Positions 1 through 10,698 of a stretch of DNA of 64,000 nucleotides are shown piece after piece. The first letter of the stretch is position 1. Every line of letters begins with the position of its first letter. Source of the DNA: Reclinomonas americana ATCC 50394 (lineage: Eukaryota); the NCBI GenBank assembly GCA_048213135.1, contig PS015010.1, forward strand, positions 868,001 through 932,000, read 5' to 3'. Both the position numbers and the translations under genes were made by a program. The notes under the pieces are model-generated. The model did not search any database. It saw nothing but the letters and a program-made list of their open reading frames with translations, and had not been told where the DNA came from.

Positions 1-1
1 G

Positions 2-1321
2 CCCAATCGCTGGGGCGTATCTTACTTTACCCGCAGCGACCGCCTGCCGCAGGGATCTAAACTGCAGAAAGCCGACAGGAGCGATAACTACAACCTGTTT
101 ACCGAGCTCACCAAAAGCGAGAAACACCAGTTGCGTTTGAACATCACTTACCGCAAACTGCATGTGCTCAACAGCGGCGTAAGCCTGCAAAAACCTGATG
201 AAAGCCTTATCGGCAGGGTAGAATACGCGGTGAATGAATGGAGAGGATTTTTACAGGGCAACATCCTGTATGAGTTGGGCGCGGGACAGGAGCAGAAAAG
301 GGAATACACTTTTGTTGAAGTACCTGCCGGGCAAGGGGAGTATACCTGGATCGATTACAACGGAAACGGTATTCCTGAACTGAATGAGTTTGAGATCGCC
401 GTTTTCCAGGACCAGAAAAAGTACATCCGTGTATTTACACCCAGCAACCAGTATGTGAAAGCCAACTATGTACAGTTCAACTACAGTGTCGCCCTTTTCC
501 CAAAGAGCCTGATGAAACCCGGACCACTGAAGGGTTTCCGCAAACTGCTGGCGAAGTCAAGTACCAGTTCGGCATTGCAGATCAATAAAAAAGATATTTC
601 AACAGGTAAGTTTCAGTTCAACCCGTTTACCAAAAAATTGGTAGATACCACGCTTATTACGCTGAGTTCTTTTTTATCGAATACATTCTATTTCAACCGC
701 AGTGATATCAAATGGGGCTTCGATATTACACACAGTCTTAACAATGGCAAGTCGCTGTTGTCGTATGGCTTTGAAAGCCGCAAACTGCGTACGTTGCAGG
801 GAAAACTGCGCTGGAATATCAACCGCAACATCGCCACCAACCTCACAGTTCGGCAGGTGAGGAACGAACTCAATACCAGCGGCCCTAAATTTGATAACCG
901 CAATTACCTGGTGATGCAGAATGTGATTGAGCCTTCGGTAAGTTATATCTACCGCTCTACCTTCATTGCCAGCCTGTCGTACAGTTTTGCTGATAAACGC
1001 AACCGGATTGATTCTATGGAAAAATCGGTGAGCCATGCGTTGTCGCTTGACGTTCGTTACAACATCTTATCCAGCAGCAGTGTGAATGCCCGGTTTACAT
1101 TGAACCGCATCAACTTCACTGCTTACCCCGGTGCCGCCAATACAACAGTGGGCTATATCCTGCTCGACGGGTTGCTGCCGGGCCAGAACTATTTATGGGG
1201 ACTGGAATATACCAAGCGGCTGGCTGGTAATATCGAAATGAGTATCCTCTATGAAGGAAGAAAACCCGGAGACACCAGGATCATACATGTGGGGAGAGCG
1301 AGTATAAGAGCTATCTTCTAA
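2..1321 (+). CDS. Large outer-membrane beta-barrel-like hypothetical protein, C-terminal part (5'-truncated by window)
   Basis: Frame open from base 2; alternating beta-strand pattern, ends in aromatic F (SIRAIF). Confidence 0.75.
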   Translation, partial: PNRWGVSYFTRSDRLPQGSKLQKADRSDNYNLFTELTKSEKHQLRLNITYRKLHVLNSGVSLQKPDESLIGRVEYAVNEWRGFLQGNILYELGAGQEQKREYTFVEVPAGQGEYTWIDYNGNGIPELNEFEIAVFQDQKKYIRVFTPSNQYVKANYVQFNYSVALFPKSLMKPGPLKGFRKLLAKSSTSSALQINKKDISTGKFQFNPFTKKLVDTTLITLSSFLSNTFYFNRSDIKWGFDITHSLNNGKSLLSYGFESRKLRTLQGKLRWNINRNIATNLTVRQVRNELNTSGPKFDNRNYLVMQNVIEPSVSYIYRSTFIASLSYSFADKRNRIDSMEKSVSHALSLDVRYNILSSSSVNARFTLNRINFTAYPGAANTTVGYILLDGLLPGQNYLWGLEYTKRLAGNIEMSILYEGRKPGDTRIIHVGRASIRAIF

Positions 1322-1385
1322 AATTACGAATTACGGATGAGCATTACCATTCGTTCATTTTTCATTCTTTCCTTCCTTCATTCAA

Positions 1386-2378
1386 TTAACTGAACCATCC
1401 TCCCTTTTTCAAACTCCTTACACCTTCACCGATCTTGAACCCGTTGTTGTAGATCTCTATTTTGTATTCGCCAATGGTGAAGTCGGAAGCCTGCTTCCAG
1501 TCGAAGCTGAGCGTTTGCCGTTGTCCCTGTGTGTATTTGAAATCGATCTTTTGCGTAAAGATTTTTTCAACGCCCTCGCGGGTGCTGAACTTGCCTGAGC
1601 CCAGTTCCGGTGCGGAAACGGGATTACCATTGGGGCCGGTAATGCATACGTAAATATCTTTAGGGCCCGATTCCGCGATCCTGTTCTCATCTATATCAAA
1701 AGAGATGCGGAGTCTATCCACTCGTTTGGCCGTACTTGTTTCCTTACCCTTTTCATTGATACCCCGTATAGAGAAGTTGGAAGCGTGAAGGGTAGAGCCT
1801 ACATCCAGCAGGGCGTCCTTTACTTTGATCACGTTATTGGCAGAGTCGAAATCGCGGATCACTTTATCGCGTTGTTGTGTTACCAGTTCTTTCTCCTGTT
1901 TCAATACCAGTTTTTCTCCCTGCAGTGTTTCTATCTGTGTTTTGAATCCTTCTATATCGCCTTTGAGTGAACCAATAAGGCTGGCGGCTTCTTTCAGTTC
2001 ACTTTCGGTGGCGCCAACTTTAGAGAGTAATTGCTGTATTCTTAATTTTTTTTGCGTGATATCGCGGTCGCGTTTAAAAATAACGCTGTCTTTGCTGTGT
2101 TCCATCCTGGCGCTGCTGGTCTTGATCATGTCGTAACGCATGGTGGCGTCTTCCAGTTCACGTTGCAGGAGGTCGCGTTGGGTAGAGGTGGCAACGATAA
2201 CGGTTTCTTTCTGTTGTATGATGTCCCTGGAGCGGCTTTTATCCCAGATAATATATCCCCAGGTGCCGAGAAGGGCGATAACAAGTCCCCCCGTAATAAA
2301 ACTGCGCCAATCCTTTTGTGAAGATGGATCCTGGCCGGGAGTAGGGTTGTCAGAAGCCGGGAAATTTTCAAATGCCAT
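1386..2378 (-). CDS. Membrane-anchored coiled-coil hypothetical protein
   Basis: 330 aa; N-terminal TM (FITGGLVIALLGTWGYIIW), heptad-rich middle, beta-rich C-terminus. Confidence 0.8.
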   Translation of the reverse strand: MAFENFPASDNPTPGQDPSSQKDWRSFITGGLVIALLGTWGYIIWDKSRSRDIIQQKETVIVATSTQRDLLQRELEDATMRYDMIKTSSARMEHSKDSVIFKRDRDITQKKLRIQQLLSKVGATESELKEAASLIGSLKGDIEGFKTQIETLQGEKLVLKQEKELVTQQRDKVIRDFDSANNVIKVKDALLDVGSTLHASNFSIRGINEKGKETSTAKRVDRLRISFDIDENRIAESGPKDIYVCITGPNGNPVSAPELGSGKFSTREGVEKIFTQKIDFKYTQGQRQTLSFDWKQASDFTIGEYKIEIYNNGFKIGEGVRSLKKGGWFS

Positions 2379-2598
2379 GACGGTTCGGTTTTTCTATTGT
2401 TGATAACAGTATGTGATTGCTGGTACTGCTGGTTTTGCCTTTCTTCGCGGCAGGAAGTCGGGCCAAAATTATGCCAAATTTAAGTACATAGAACGTTAAA
2501 ACATAGTGCCGGATGGCATTTTCTGATAATCTCCTGACTATTCCCAAAACACACGTTCCCGGCCTTATGTCATTGACCTGTAGTCCGGTGTCCTTTCT

Positions 2599-2606
2599 TA
2601 TCTTTG
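2599..2606 (+). promoter_or_regulatory. Bacteroidota sigma-A -7 box for holA
   Basis: TATCTTTG matches TAnnTTTG; implies near-leaderless start at ATG 2613. Confidence 0.55.
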
Positions 2607-2612
2607 ATCCTT

Positions 2613-3614
2613 ATGAGCGCCGAAAAAATAATCAGTGAATGGAAAAAGCAGCAATTCAAGCCCTTGTACTGGCTGGAGGGTGAGGAGGATTATTATATCG
2701 ACCTGGTGACCGACCACGCCGAACACAGGATACTGAAGGAGGAAGAGGCCGGGTTTAACCTGACCGTTTTTTATGGCCGCGATGCCGACTGGACGGCCGT
2801 AGTGAACGCCTGCAAACGCTATCCCATGTTCGCCGAAAAGCAGGTGGTACTGCTGAAAGAGGCGCAGCAGATGAAAGACATTGAGAAACTGGAATCTTAT
2901 ATCGAGAACCCGCTCAGTTCTACCATTTTCGTAGTGGCTTACAAAGGGAAGACGCTCGACAAAAGAACAAAACTGCATAAACTGCTCAAGCAATCCGCCG
3001 AGTTGTTCAATTCGGAAAAGATCAGGGATTATAAATTGCAGGAGTGGATCGCGGAGTTTGTAAAATCGAAAGGGTACAGCATCAACAGTAAAGCCGTAAG
3101 CCTGCTCGATGAACATATCGGCAATGACCTCAGCCGTATTTCCAACGAGATCGAAAAACTGGCGCTTAACCTCGGCGGGCGGAAGACGATCACGGAAGAT
3201 GATATCGAGAATTTTATCGGTATCAGCAAAGAATACAATGTATTTGAACTGCAGGCGGCCATCGCCAAAAAAGACCTGCCCCGTGCCATCACCATCATAC
3301 AATATTTTGAAGGCAACCCCAAGGCGGCGCCCATACAAATGGTGCTGCCCGCCCTGTATGCGAGTTTCAGCAAAATATACGCCGTGTTTGGTATGAGCGA
3401 TAAAAGTGAAGCCGCGTTAAAACCCCATTTTTACTACAATGCCACGGCGGTAAAAAATGCCCTGGAAACCATGCGCAATTATGGGTATGAAGGCATTGAA
3501 CGTATCATCCTGTTGCTGCACCAGTACAACCTGAAAGGGGTGGGTATTGGCGACAGCGGTACCTCCGATGCCATGCTGATGCGGGAAATGGTGGTAAAAA
3601 TGATGCTGAAATAA
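2613..3614 (+). CDS. holA: DNA polymerase III delta subunit
   Basis: KPLYWLEGEEDYYID, FNLTVFYG, YPMFAEKQVV, GISKEYNVFEL motifs. Confidence 0.95.
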   Translation: MSAEKIISEWKKQQFKPLYWLEGEEDYYIDLVTDHAEHRILKEEEAGFNLTVFYGRDADWTAVVNACKRYPMFAEKQVVLLKEAQQMKDIEKLESYIENPLSSTIFVVAYKGKTLDKRTKLHKLLKQSAELFNSEKIRDYKLQEWIAEFVKSKGYSINSKAVSLLDEHIGNDLSRISNEIEKLALNLGGRKTITEDDIENFIGISKEYNVFELQAAIAKKDLPRAITIIQYFEGNPKAAPIQMVLPALYASFSKIYAVFGMSDKSEAALKPHFYYNATAVKNALETMRNYGYEGIERIILLLHQYNLKGVGIGDSGTSDAMLMREMVVKMMLK

Positions 3615-3627
3615 GTTGGGGATGTGA

Positions 3628-4563
3628 TTATGGCGCCAGTGCCTGTAATGCCGCTTCCTTATCCGCCGCCAGTTGTGCCTTCAGGGCATCCAGCCCGCTG
3701 AATTTTACTTCACTGCGTAATCTTTGGTGTATATGCACGGTGAGCGTTTCACCGTAAATGGTTTCATCGAAATCAAAGATGTTCACTTCAATTACCCTTT
3801 TGGTGCCGTCAACCGTAGGGCGTACGCCAATATTCATCATGCCCTGCAAACGTGTTCCGTGTTCGGGCCTGCTTATCTCCACTGCATATACACCATTGCC
3901 CGGGATCAGTTTATTGTCGTCGCCCGGGGCGATATTGGCAGTAGGATAGCCGATCGTCCGCCCCAGTTTATTCCCTTCTATGACGGTACCACTAAAGAAA
4001 TACGGATAACCCAGCAATGCGTTGGCGGTATCGGTATCCGCATTGGTCAGCGCCTGGCGTATACGTGTGGAACTGATCGCCGCGTCCTGCAATACCTGTT
4101 CGGGGATCTCTTTTACAATATAGTTGTTGGCTGGCGCCATAGCTTCCAGCAGGCGGTAATCGCCCTGCCGGTTCTTTCCGAAATGATGGTCGTAACCGAT
4201 GATGATGGTATGCGGGTGAAAACGGGCTACCAGGAAATCCTTCACATAATTTTTAGCGTCCTGCCCGGCAAAATCGCTGCTGAAGGGCACCACCACCAGG
4301 TGATCGATGCCATAGGCTTCGAGGAGTTCTGTTTTTTCCTGCAGCGTGTTCAGCACACGGATAGCTTCTCCGCTGCCGGGTATGACCATCCGCGGGTGGG
4401 GGTGGAAAGTGATGAGTACGGTTTCTCCGCCAATAGCGACCGCTTCAGATTGCAGTAAACGGATGATCTGCCGGTGGCCATGATGTACCCCGTCAAATGT
4501 TCCGATGGTGATGACGGCTTTGCGGAATGCCGGCAGCTGGTCAATATTATGATGAACCTTCAT
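3628..4563 (-). CDS. ribF: Bifunctional riboflavin kinase/FAD synthetase
   Basis: TIGTFDGVHHGH, ISSTRIR, GRTIGYPTAN, NIGVRPT. Confidence 0.97.
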   Translation of the reverse strand: MKVHHNIDQLPAFRKAVITIGTFDGVHHGHRQIIRLLQSEAVAIGGETVLITFHPHPRMVIPGSGEAIRVLNTLQEKTELLEAYGIDHLVVVPFSSDFAGQDAKNYVKDFLVARFHPHTIIIGYDHHFGKNRQGDYRLLEAMAPANNYIVKEIPEQVLQDAAISSTRIRQALTNADTDTANALLGYPYFFSGTVIEGNKLGRTIGYPTANIAPGDDNKLIPGNGVYAVEISRPEHGTRLQGMMNIGVRPTVDGTKRVIEVNIFDFDETIYGETLTVHIHQRLRSEVKFSGLDALKAQLAADKEAALQALAP

Positions 4564-4675
4564 AAACGATGTGCAAAGCTAACTGATAATTTTATAATGG
4601 ATAATGGCCGATTGAATGTAATTTGCACCCGCATTGATACCCCTCAATTCGTAATTCATAATTCATAATTATTTC

Positions 4676-5848
4676 ATGTCTTTATATTCCCAGCGCGGCG
4701 TTTCTGCACAAAAAGAAGAAGTACACCAGGCGGTGAAAGACCTGGACCAGGGTTTGTTTCCTTTCGCGTTTTGTAAAGTGTATCCCGATGTGCTGGGCGG
4801 CGATCCTGCTTTTGTGAACATCATGCACGCCGACGGGGCCGGTACCAAAAGTATCCTGGCCTATCTCTACTGGAAGGAGACAGGCGACATTTCCGTATGG
4901 CGGGGCATTGCGCAGGATGCTATTGTAATGAACCTCGACGACCTGCTTTGCGTGGGCGTTTATGACAATATCGTTTTCAACAGCACCATCGACCGCAATA
5001 AGCACCTGGTGCCCGGCGCTGTGCTGGAGCAGGTGATCGGCGGGTCGCAGCAGCTTTTCAACGAACTGGCGGCCAAAGGTGTTCACATCCATTACCTGGG
5101 CGGCGAAACGGCCGATGTGGGCGATGTGGTGCGTACGGTGGCGGTAAACGGCACCATGACCTGCCGCTGGCCCAAAGACAGGATCATCAGCAATGAAGGC
5201 ATAAAGGAAGGTGATGTGATCGTAGGACTGGCCAGCTTCGGGCAGGCTACCTATGAAACCCGGTACAACAGCGGCATTGGCAGCAACGGGCTGACCAGCG
5301 CCCGGCACGATGTATTGCATAAATTCTACGCGGAACAATGCCGGGAAAGCTATGACAATAACCTGCCCGGTGAAGTGGTATACATAGGTAAACACCGGCT
5401 TACCGATGTGGCGGAAGCTCCGGAGGCGGGCGGACAAACGATCGGGCAGCTGCTGTTAAGTCCGACACGCACTTACGCACCGGTGCTGCAAGAACTGCTC
5501 AGCAATCATTTTGAAAAAATACACGGGCTGATCCACTGCAGTGGCGGCGGGCAGACCAAATGCATGAAATACCTGCCCGGTAATTTCAGAATCATCAAAG
5601 ACAACCTGTTTGCACCCCCGGTGATATTCGACATCATCAAAACCAACAGTGGCAGCAGCAACCGGGAAATGTATGAAGTGTTCAACATGGGCTGCCGTCT
5701 TGAGATTTACTGCGATCCGAAAGATGCGGATACCATGATCGCAGCCGCGACAGAATATGGCATCGCCGCACAGGTCATTGGCAGGGTGGAAGCATCGGAT
5801 AAAAAAGAACTCCTCATCCGTTTGAAAGATGAGGAGCTGAAATATTAA
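4676..5848 (+). CDS. purM: Phosphoribosylformylglycinamidine cyclo-ligase (AIR synthase), Bacteroidota type
   Basis: HADGAGTK, MNLDDLLCVG, GGETADVGD, GIGSNGLTSARH, VFNMG. Confidence 0.9.
   Translation: MSLYSQRGVSAQKEEVHQAVKDLDQGLFPFAFCKVYPDVLGGDPAFVNIMHADGAGTKSILAYLYWKETGDISVWRGIAQDAIVMNLDDLLCVGVYDNIVFNSTIDRNKHLVPGAVLEQVIGGSQQLFNELAAKGVHIHYLGGETADVGDVVRTVAVNGTMTCRWPKDRIISNEGIKEGDVIVGLASFGQATYETRYNSGIGSNGLTSARHDVLHKFYAEQCRESYDNNLPGEVVYIGKHRLTDVAEAPEAGGQTIGQLLLSPTRTYAPVLQELLSNHFEKIHGLIHCSGGGQTKCMKYLPGNFRIIKDNLFAPPVIFDIIKTNSGSSNREMYEVFNMGCRLEIYCDPKDADTMIAAATEYGIAAQVIGRVEASDKKELLIRLKDEELKY
5797..5837 (-). terminator. Intrinsic terminator for minus-strand genes, embedded in the purM 3' end
   Basis: CTCCTCATC...GATGAGGAG stem followed on the minus strand by TTCTTTTTT; near-identical copy at 6634-6673. 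Confidence 0.6.
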
Positions 5849-5861
5849 AAAATGTTTGTGA

Positions 5862-6314
5862 TCAGTACAAAACAATAGACATGCCCCTGATGGTACTGAT
5901 ACGATCTTTGCCATCTTTCACTTTTACATTGTCGAATGTGACGATGGAACCCGGGACACAGCGATCCAGGACTTCTTTTATACCTAACAAACTATTGCCC
6001 GATATCGCAACGGTTACCGTTTCCCTGAAACCGGCTCCGCTGAAATATATGTTCGTAGTTGCTAACGTATAACCTGTTCCGGCTGTAATCCTTTGCGCTT
6101 TCTTTATATCCTCCGCTTTCATTTTTGTACTGGTTACGCTGTCAATACCCAGCCTGGGAAATTCCTGGCAGCCAATAGAGGTGGCCGAATAGCTATCCGG
6201 CGGATGCAATTGGCTGCTTTTAAATGTAAAGCCGGAGAGGAGGGTACAGGCCAGTAAAGAAGCGGATACCCATACCAGGGAGTTCAGCCGGAGACCAGTG
6301 ACTTTCGTTAACAT
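5862..6314 (-). CDS. Truncated paralog of the adjacent M56 protein retaining a TM segment and the C-terminal GldM-D4-like domain
   Basis: C-terminal ~100 aa align by eye with the end of 6708-8603 (PRLGID/PRVGID, TAGTGY, YFSGAGF, LDRCVxGSxVTFD); start uncertain (frame open to 6494). Confidence 0.65.
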   Translation of the reverse strand: MLTKVTGLRLNSLVWVSASLLACTLLSGFTFKSSQLHPPDSYSATSIGCQEFPRLGIDSVTSTKMKAEDIKKAQRITAGTGYTLATTNIYFSGAGFRETVTVAISGNSLLGIKEVLDRCVPGSIVTFDNVKVKDGKDRISTIRGMSIVLY

Positions 6315-6471
6315 AGTCAGTAATTGTTTTACGGAGAATGAAAAAAGGGTATGAAGCAATGCAGAGGAAATGCTCCCGACCGGGGATAATCCTGAGTAAA
6401 GTAGTAAAATTGTTGTGAAGGATATGTGAAATGAGCGGGGCAGTGCGTCAATTTGAATTCCACCCTTACAG

Positions 6472-6555
6472 GTCATGCTGAGGAAACGAAGCATCTCTAT
6501 AAGTTTGTAAAGGAGATCCCTTCCCGATATCGTTCCTCATCGGGAATGGATCTCC
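6472..6555. repeat. REP-like palindromic element
   Basis: GGAGATCCCTTCCCGAT...ATCGGGAATGGATCTCC hairpin (6512-6555); core TCCCGATATCGTTCCTCATCGGGA recurs inverted at ~31654-31678. Confidence 0.65.
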
Positions 6556-6633
6556 GTCGGGATGATTAAGACCATCCAACTGATGCACTGCCTGGTCGCT
6601 GCAGTGGGGTACGCGATTACCGCAAAGGTCATA

Positions 6634-6673
6634 GGATAAAAAAGAACTCCTCATCCAGTAAACGGATGAGGAG
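6634..6673 (-). terminator. Intrinsic terminator of the blaI-M56-M56 operon
   Basis: CTCCTCATCC-loop-GGATGAGGAG plus T-tract on the minus strand, shortly after the 6708 stop. Confidence 0.7.
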
Positions 6674-6707
6674 CAGGGGTATTTGAAATCATCACACAAT
6701 CGAAGTA

Positions 6708-8603
6708 TCAGTATACAGCTATGGAGAAGCCGTCAATCGTTGCTTTCCTGCCATTGTCTCCCTTTACTTCGACCATGTCGAAAGTAACTACGCTGCCGGC
6801 AACACAGCGGTCAAGGTATTCACGAAACCTGTTTAAATCATTACCTTTCAGGTAGGCGGTTTGAATAATAGGGAACCCGGCGCCGGAAAAATATACGATA
6901 GCGCTCTCTACATCATAACCCGTTCCGGCAGTGAGTTTGCCCGCTTTCAGGATATCTTCCACCTTCATCCTCGTTGTATGAACGCCATCGATACCTACTC
7001 GGGGTACCACCTGGTAATCCATTTGCAGGTTGGTATTACTGAAAGCTACCTGGTCGGAAGGGTCGGGTAGCCTCTTTACCCGGTATACAGTGCTGCCCAG
7101 TAATTTTCCTTTTGAAGAAACATGTATAGCGGCTTCGCCCACAGCAGTTACCCGGGCGATGTATTTGCCATTGCTGCCCGTTATGGTCCCATTATCCATT
7201 CTTACTTCCAGTTCATTAGACGGTATACCGCTTACGGCAATCGTGAGTGGATTTTCTATACCGATATACATTACGTTCATCTTATCAAGCGCTACAGCTA
7301 CCTGCAGGTTTCCCGTTTTATTCCTGATGATCTCTGCATTATTACATTCTATGACCCCAAAGCGGGCATCAGCGCCATATTTGCGAATGGCTTCGGCATC
7401 GTTGGCAGGATATATTTTTATCATCCGGGCAACGATACGAGCATCAGACACTTCCTGTTTATTGGTTGTAACACCGTTGATAATCAGGATCGATTTATCC
7501 GGGCCTTTTACAGCATCCGTGGCGCCGGGTACAAACACGATAGAGTCAGCGTTCAGCTGTATGTTTTCGTTGCCCGCTTTCACTCGCATGGAGCGCAGGG
7601 CAGGAGCAGGTAGGGTATCAGGATGCGCAACTGTAACCTGCTGTCCGGGAGGGGTTACAGCAAGGTCAAAAGGGCTGGCATTCAGGATGGTATTCAGCCG
7701 GCTTTCGGCGTGCAGTTGTTCTGTTCTGAGGGTAAAGCAAACCGTGATGGTACATACCAGCAAAAAAGCGAGCAGGCGTACCAGGTAATTTATAGCGATA
7801 TTATTTGTTTTTGTAAGCATGACTAATCTTCTTTTAACGGGTGAATGAAAAAAGTGGTTGCCCAGTTCGAACCGGTGTGTGGGGTAAGCAGCCTGCAGGA
7901 TCATGGTGGCCAGGGTAGTGGTATCATGATCTTTCACGGCTTCCTGGTCGGCAGTAAATTCATGTATCATCGACAATTCCCTGCGGGTCAGCCAATAGAA
8001 AGGATTGCACCAGAAAAGCAGGAGCACGGCATTGATGAAGAGCTTGTCGTAACTGTGCTTTTCCCTTACATGGGCCAGTTCGTGGCGGAATACCTGCTGG
8101 CCGGTATTCGTTTCCAGGCTGATGTTTTTGTTCCAGAAAATATAACGGAAGAAAGAAAAAGGTGTGCCATGTGCTTCAGTCTCTATAAGCCTGACGGAGC
8201 CGATCTTTTTCTTAGTATTACTCATGATTAGCCACAGGATACGCCCCAGGCCATACAGAAAGAACAGGCCAAGCAGCAGCGATACGGATATATAAACTAT
8301 AGTTGCCAGCCGGGCTGTAATGTTCCGCCCTGGTACAGGGGGGCTGGTAATCGCCTGTTGCGCATATTCGTCACCGGTAGTCATCAATCGTATAACCACC
8401 AGCACCTGGTTCTGCGCTGCTTCGGTCTTTTGCGATATGGGTATCTTAACCAGCGGCAGGCTTATTGACAATACAACAGCTGCGAGCAGGTAAAACCTGT
8501 TGTACCGGTGAAAGACTTTGTTCCGGAGAAACAGCCAGTAATAACCCAGCAGCACGCCGGAACAAAGTATCACTTTAAGCAGGTAATAGCATACAGGCAT
8601 CAT
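6708..8603 (-). CDS. BlaR1/M56 metallopeptidase sensor with C-terminal GldM-like domains
   Basis: M56 TM region with HELAH...IHEFTAD; DKMNVMYIGIENPLTIAVSG resembles GldM D3; terminal D4-like domain. Confidence 0.85.
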   Translation of the reverse strand: MMPVCYYLLKVILCSGVLLGYYWLFLRNKVFHRYNRFYLLAAVVLSISLPLVKIPISQKTEAAQNQVLVVIRLMTTGDEYAQQAITSPPVPGRNITARLATIVYISVSLLLGLFFLYGLGRILWLIMSNTKKKIGSVRLIETEAHGTPFSFFRYIFWNKNISLETNTGQQVFRHELAHVREKHSYDKLFINAVLLLFWCNPFYWLTRRELSMIHEFTADQEAVKDHDTTTLATMILQAAYPTHRFELGNHFFHSPVKRRLVMLTKTNNIAINYLVRLLAFLLVCTITVCFTLRTEQLHAESRLNTILNASPFDLAVTPPGQQVTVAHPDTLPAPALRSMRVKAGNENIQLNADSIVFVPGATDAVKGPDKSILIINGVTTNKQEVSDARIVARMIKIYPANDAEAIRKYGADARFGVIECNNAEIIRNKTGNLQVAVALDKMNVMYIGIENPLTIAVSGIPSNELEVRMDNGTITGSNGKYIARVTAVGEAAIHVSSKGKLLGSTVYRVKRLPDPSDQVAFSNTNLQMDYQVVPRVGIDGVHTTRMKVEDILKAGKLTAGTGYDVESAIVYFSGAGFPIIQTAYLKGNDLNRFREYLDRCVAGSVVTFDMVEVKGDNGRKATIDGFSIAVY

Positions 8604-8664
8604 ACGCTTTCTGTTAAATGGTTATAAAGAAAGCCCGGTATATGCAGAGGAGGCTCTTTTGCTT

Positions 8665-10668
8665 TTACTTCTGGTCTTCTATCATAAACGTGATGGGTTG
8701 CTTGCGGTATGCGCTTACCACTTTTCCGTTTTGCCTGGCGGGTATCCATTTGGGACCGTTCTTCACCACATCAATGCAGTGCTGGGCTGTTTTAGTGCCC
8801 TTGTAATTGATGGTGGTTACATCGCCAATAGAGCCATCGCTGTATACAACAAACTGAACAACTACGCTGTATACGCCGGCTTTCCAGCCTTCATCAACAG
8901 GTATGGTTGACTTGATATTTTTCATCAGGAATTCTTTCCAGCCATCCTTTCCGCCGGGGAAACTGGCTTCTACTTCCACTTTGCTGAAAATAAGGTTACC
9001 GTCTCCGGGTTGCCGCCTGGTGGAATAACCTGTTACTACCACTTCATCCAGCTGGGCGCTGGCCAGTTTACCCCTTACTTCGGCGGCTTCTTTAAGTTGC
9101 AGGTTGGTCGTAGTCCTTGGCTTCGTGGGATACCCGGTCACCGTCACTTCTTCGATTTTCCCGGCCAGGGTCATCGCCTCCGTAACTTGTTTCACCTGCA
9201 GGTTGGTTACATTCTTTGGATAGCCTGTCACGATCACTTCATCCAGTTTGGTAGCCTGCAGCGCTTTTTCCTCAACTCTTTTCTGTTCTTCAACAGGCGT
9301 AGTGAGGGCCAGCCCGGTTACGGTTTTTACCTGTACAGGGCGGTCTTCTACAGTTTCAAATTTCAGGGTCTGTTCTTTTTCTGACGGTGTAAGGGTTATG
9401 GCTTTGGTGTTGATCTCGATCACACCATCCTTACCATCATTGCCATACTTTTTCAGCGCGGCGTCGCCTTTGAGTACACGTATTTCCGTGATCTTGTCGG
9501 GGCTGACGAGTTCGTTGATCTTGGGTTCAACGATCCTCCCGCTGCCAATGCGTTTGCCGTCAATCACGTACAGGACCTTGGCGTTTTCGGCACGTTTTTC
9601 TTCCAGTACCAGGGTGGTCTTTCCGTCGGCAGCTGTGATCGCTGGTTTCTTTTGTGCGGCACGGTCCCATTCGGCTTCAGTCGGCAGGCGGGTGGGTACC
9701 GTGTCGGAAAGGGCAATAGTCCTGATGGGGTCTTCTCTTTCGATGTAGTTGTCGGTTTGTACAGGGGCGAGCACCTGTGCCATCGCCTGCTTGTTGCGCA
9801 GTGTGAATGCGGCAAACAGCATCGCGGCCATCGGTAACACCATCAGTCGCCCGATGTAACCGGCTTTTGAATTGTTCCTCGTGAGCATAAGTAATCGTCT
9901 TTTTATAGGTGAATAGAAAAAACTACTGGAAAGCTGGAACCGGTGCTGCGGGTAAGTGGCCTGCAGTATCATGGCAGCGAACGCGGCGGTATCGTTGTTA
10001 TCGATGGCCTTGCGGTCGGCAATGAACTCATGTATCATGTTGAGTTCCCTGCGGATGAGCCAGAATACCGGGTTGATCCAGAAAAGAATGAGTATGATAT
10101 TGATGAACAGTTTATCGAAGGAATGCTTTTCACGGATATGCGCCATTTCATGCTGGAAGATCTGCCTGCCCGACACACTGTCCATATCGATCTTTTCATT
10201 CCAGAAAATATATTTAAAGAAGGAGAAGGGTGTTCCTTTGGCATTGCTGTTGATGAACGCGATGTCGCCGATCTCGCGGACAGGATATTTTTTCAGCAGG
10301 AAAGCGATGCGCATCAATCCGTACACAAGAACGAAAAGCATGATAAGCGATACGGCCAGGTAAACGAAAGGGTAGAGGCGCTCGGGCGTCCAGGAAGGAA
10401 TACTGCTCCTGATCACCACTGCTTCCATGTATTCGTCACCGGTAGATACGGCTTTGAGCATACGGATCACAGAGCCCTGTTCGGGATCGTGGGTGCTCCA
10501 CAGGTCTATCCGCACCAGTGGCAGCAGCAGCGATAATCCAGCGGCCGCCAGCAGGAAGAACCTGTTATAAGCATGAAAGTTCTTGTTGCGGAGTACCAGC
10601 CAGTAATAGCCGTACAGCAAAGCGGAACAAAGGATCACTTTAGCGATATAGTAAGCAACAGGCAGCAT
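8665..10668 (-). CDS. BlaR1/M56 metallopeptidase sensor with plug-like domain, TonB-box-like repeats and TonB C-terminal domain
   Basis: HEMAH...IHEFIAD; VLYVIDG...VLKG...YG...GVIEINTK; 3x (L/I)(D/E)EVxVTGY; ASFPGG...VVVQFVV...KWIPARQNGKVV. Confidence 0.9.
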   Translation of the reverse strand: MLPVAYYIAKVILCSALLYGYYWLVLRNKNFHAYNRFFLLAAAGLSLLLPLVRIDLWSTHDPEQGSVIRMLKAVSTGDEYMEAVVIRSSIPSWTPERLYPFVYLAVSLIMLFVLVYGLMRIAFLLKKYPVREIGDIAFINSNAKGTPFSFFKYIFWNEKIDMDSVSGRQIFQHEMAHIREKHSFDKLFINIILILFWINPVFWLIRRELNMIHEFIADRKAIDNNDTAAFAAMILQATYPQHRFQLSSSFFYSPIKRRLLMLTRNNSKAGYIGRLMVLPMAAMLFAAFTLRNKQAMAQVLAPVQTDNYIEREDPIRTIALSDTVPTRLPTEAEWDRAAQKKPAITAADGKTTLVLEEKRAENAKVLYVIDGKRIGSGRIVEPKINELVSPDKITEIRVLKGDAALKKYGNDGKDGVIEINTKAITLTPSEKEQTLKFETVEDRPVQVKTVTGLALTTPVEEQKRVEEKALQATKLDEVIVTGYPKNVTNLQVKQVTEAMTLAGKIEEVTVTGYPTKPRTTTNLQLKEAAEVRGKLASAQLDEVVVTGYSTRRQPGDGNLIFSKVEVEASFPGGKDGWKEFLMKNIKSTIPVDEGWKAGVYSVVVQFVVYSDGSIGDVTTINYKGTKTAQHCIDVVKNGPKWIPARQNGKVVSAYRKQPITFMIEDQK

Positions 10669-10698
10669 AAGCTTGGGTTTTTATATGATGGTCTTGCT

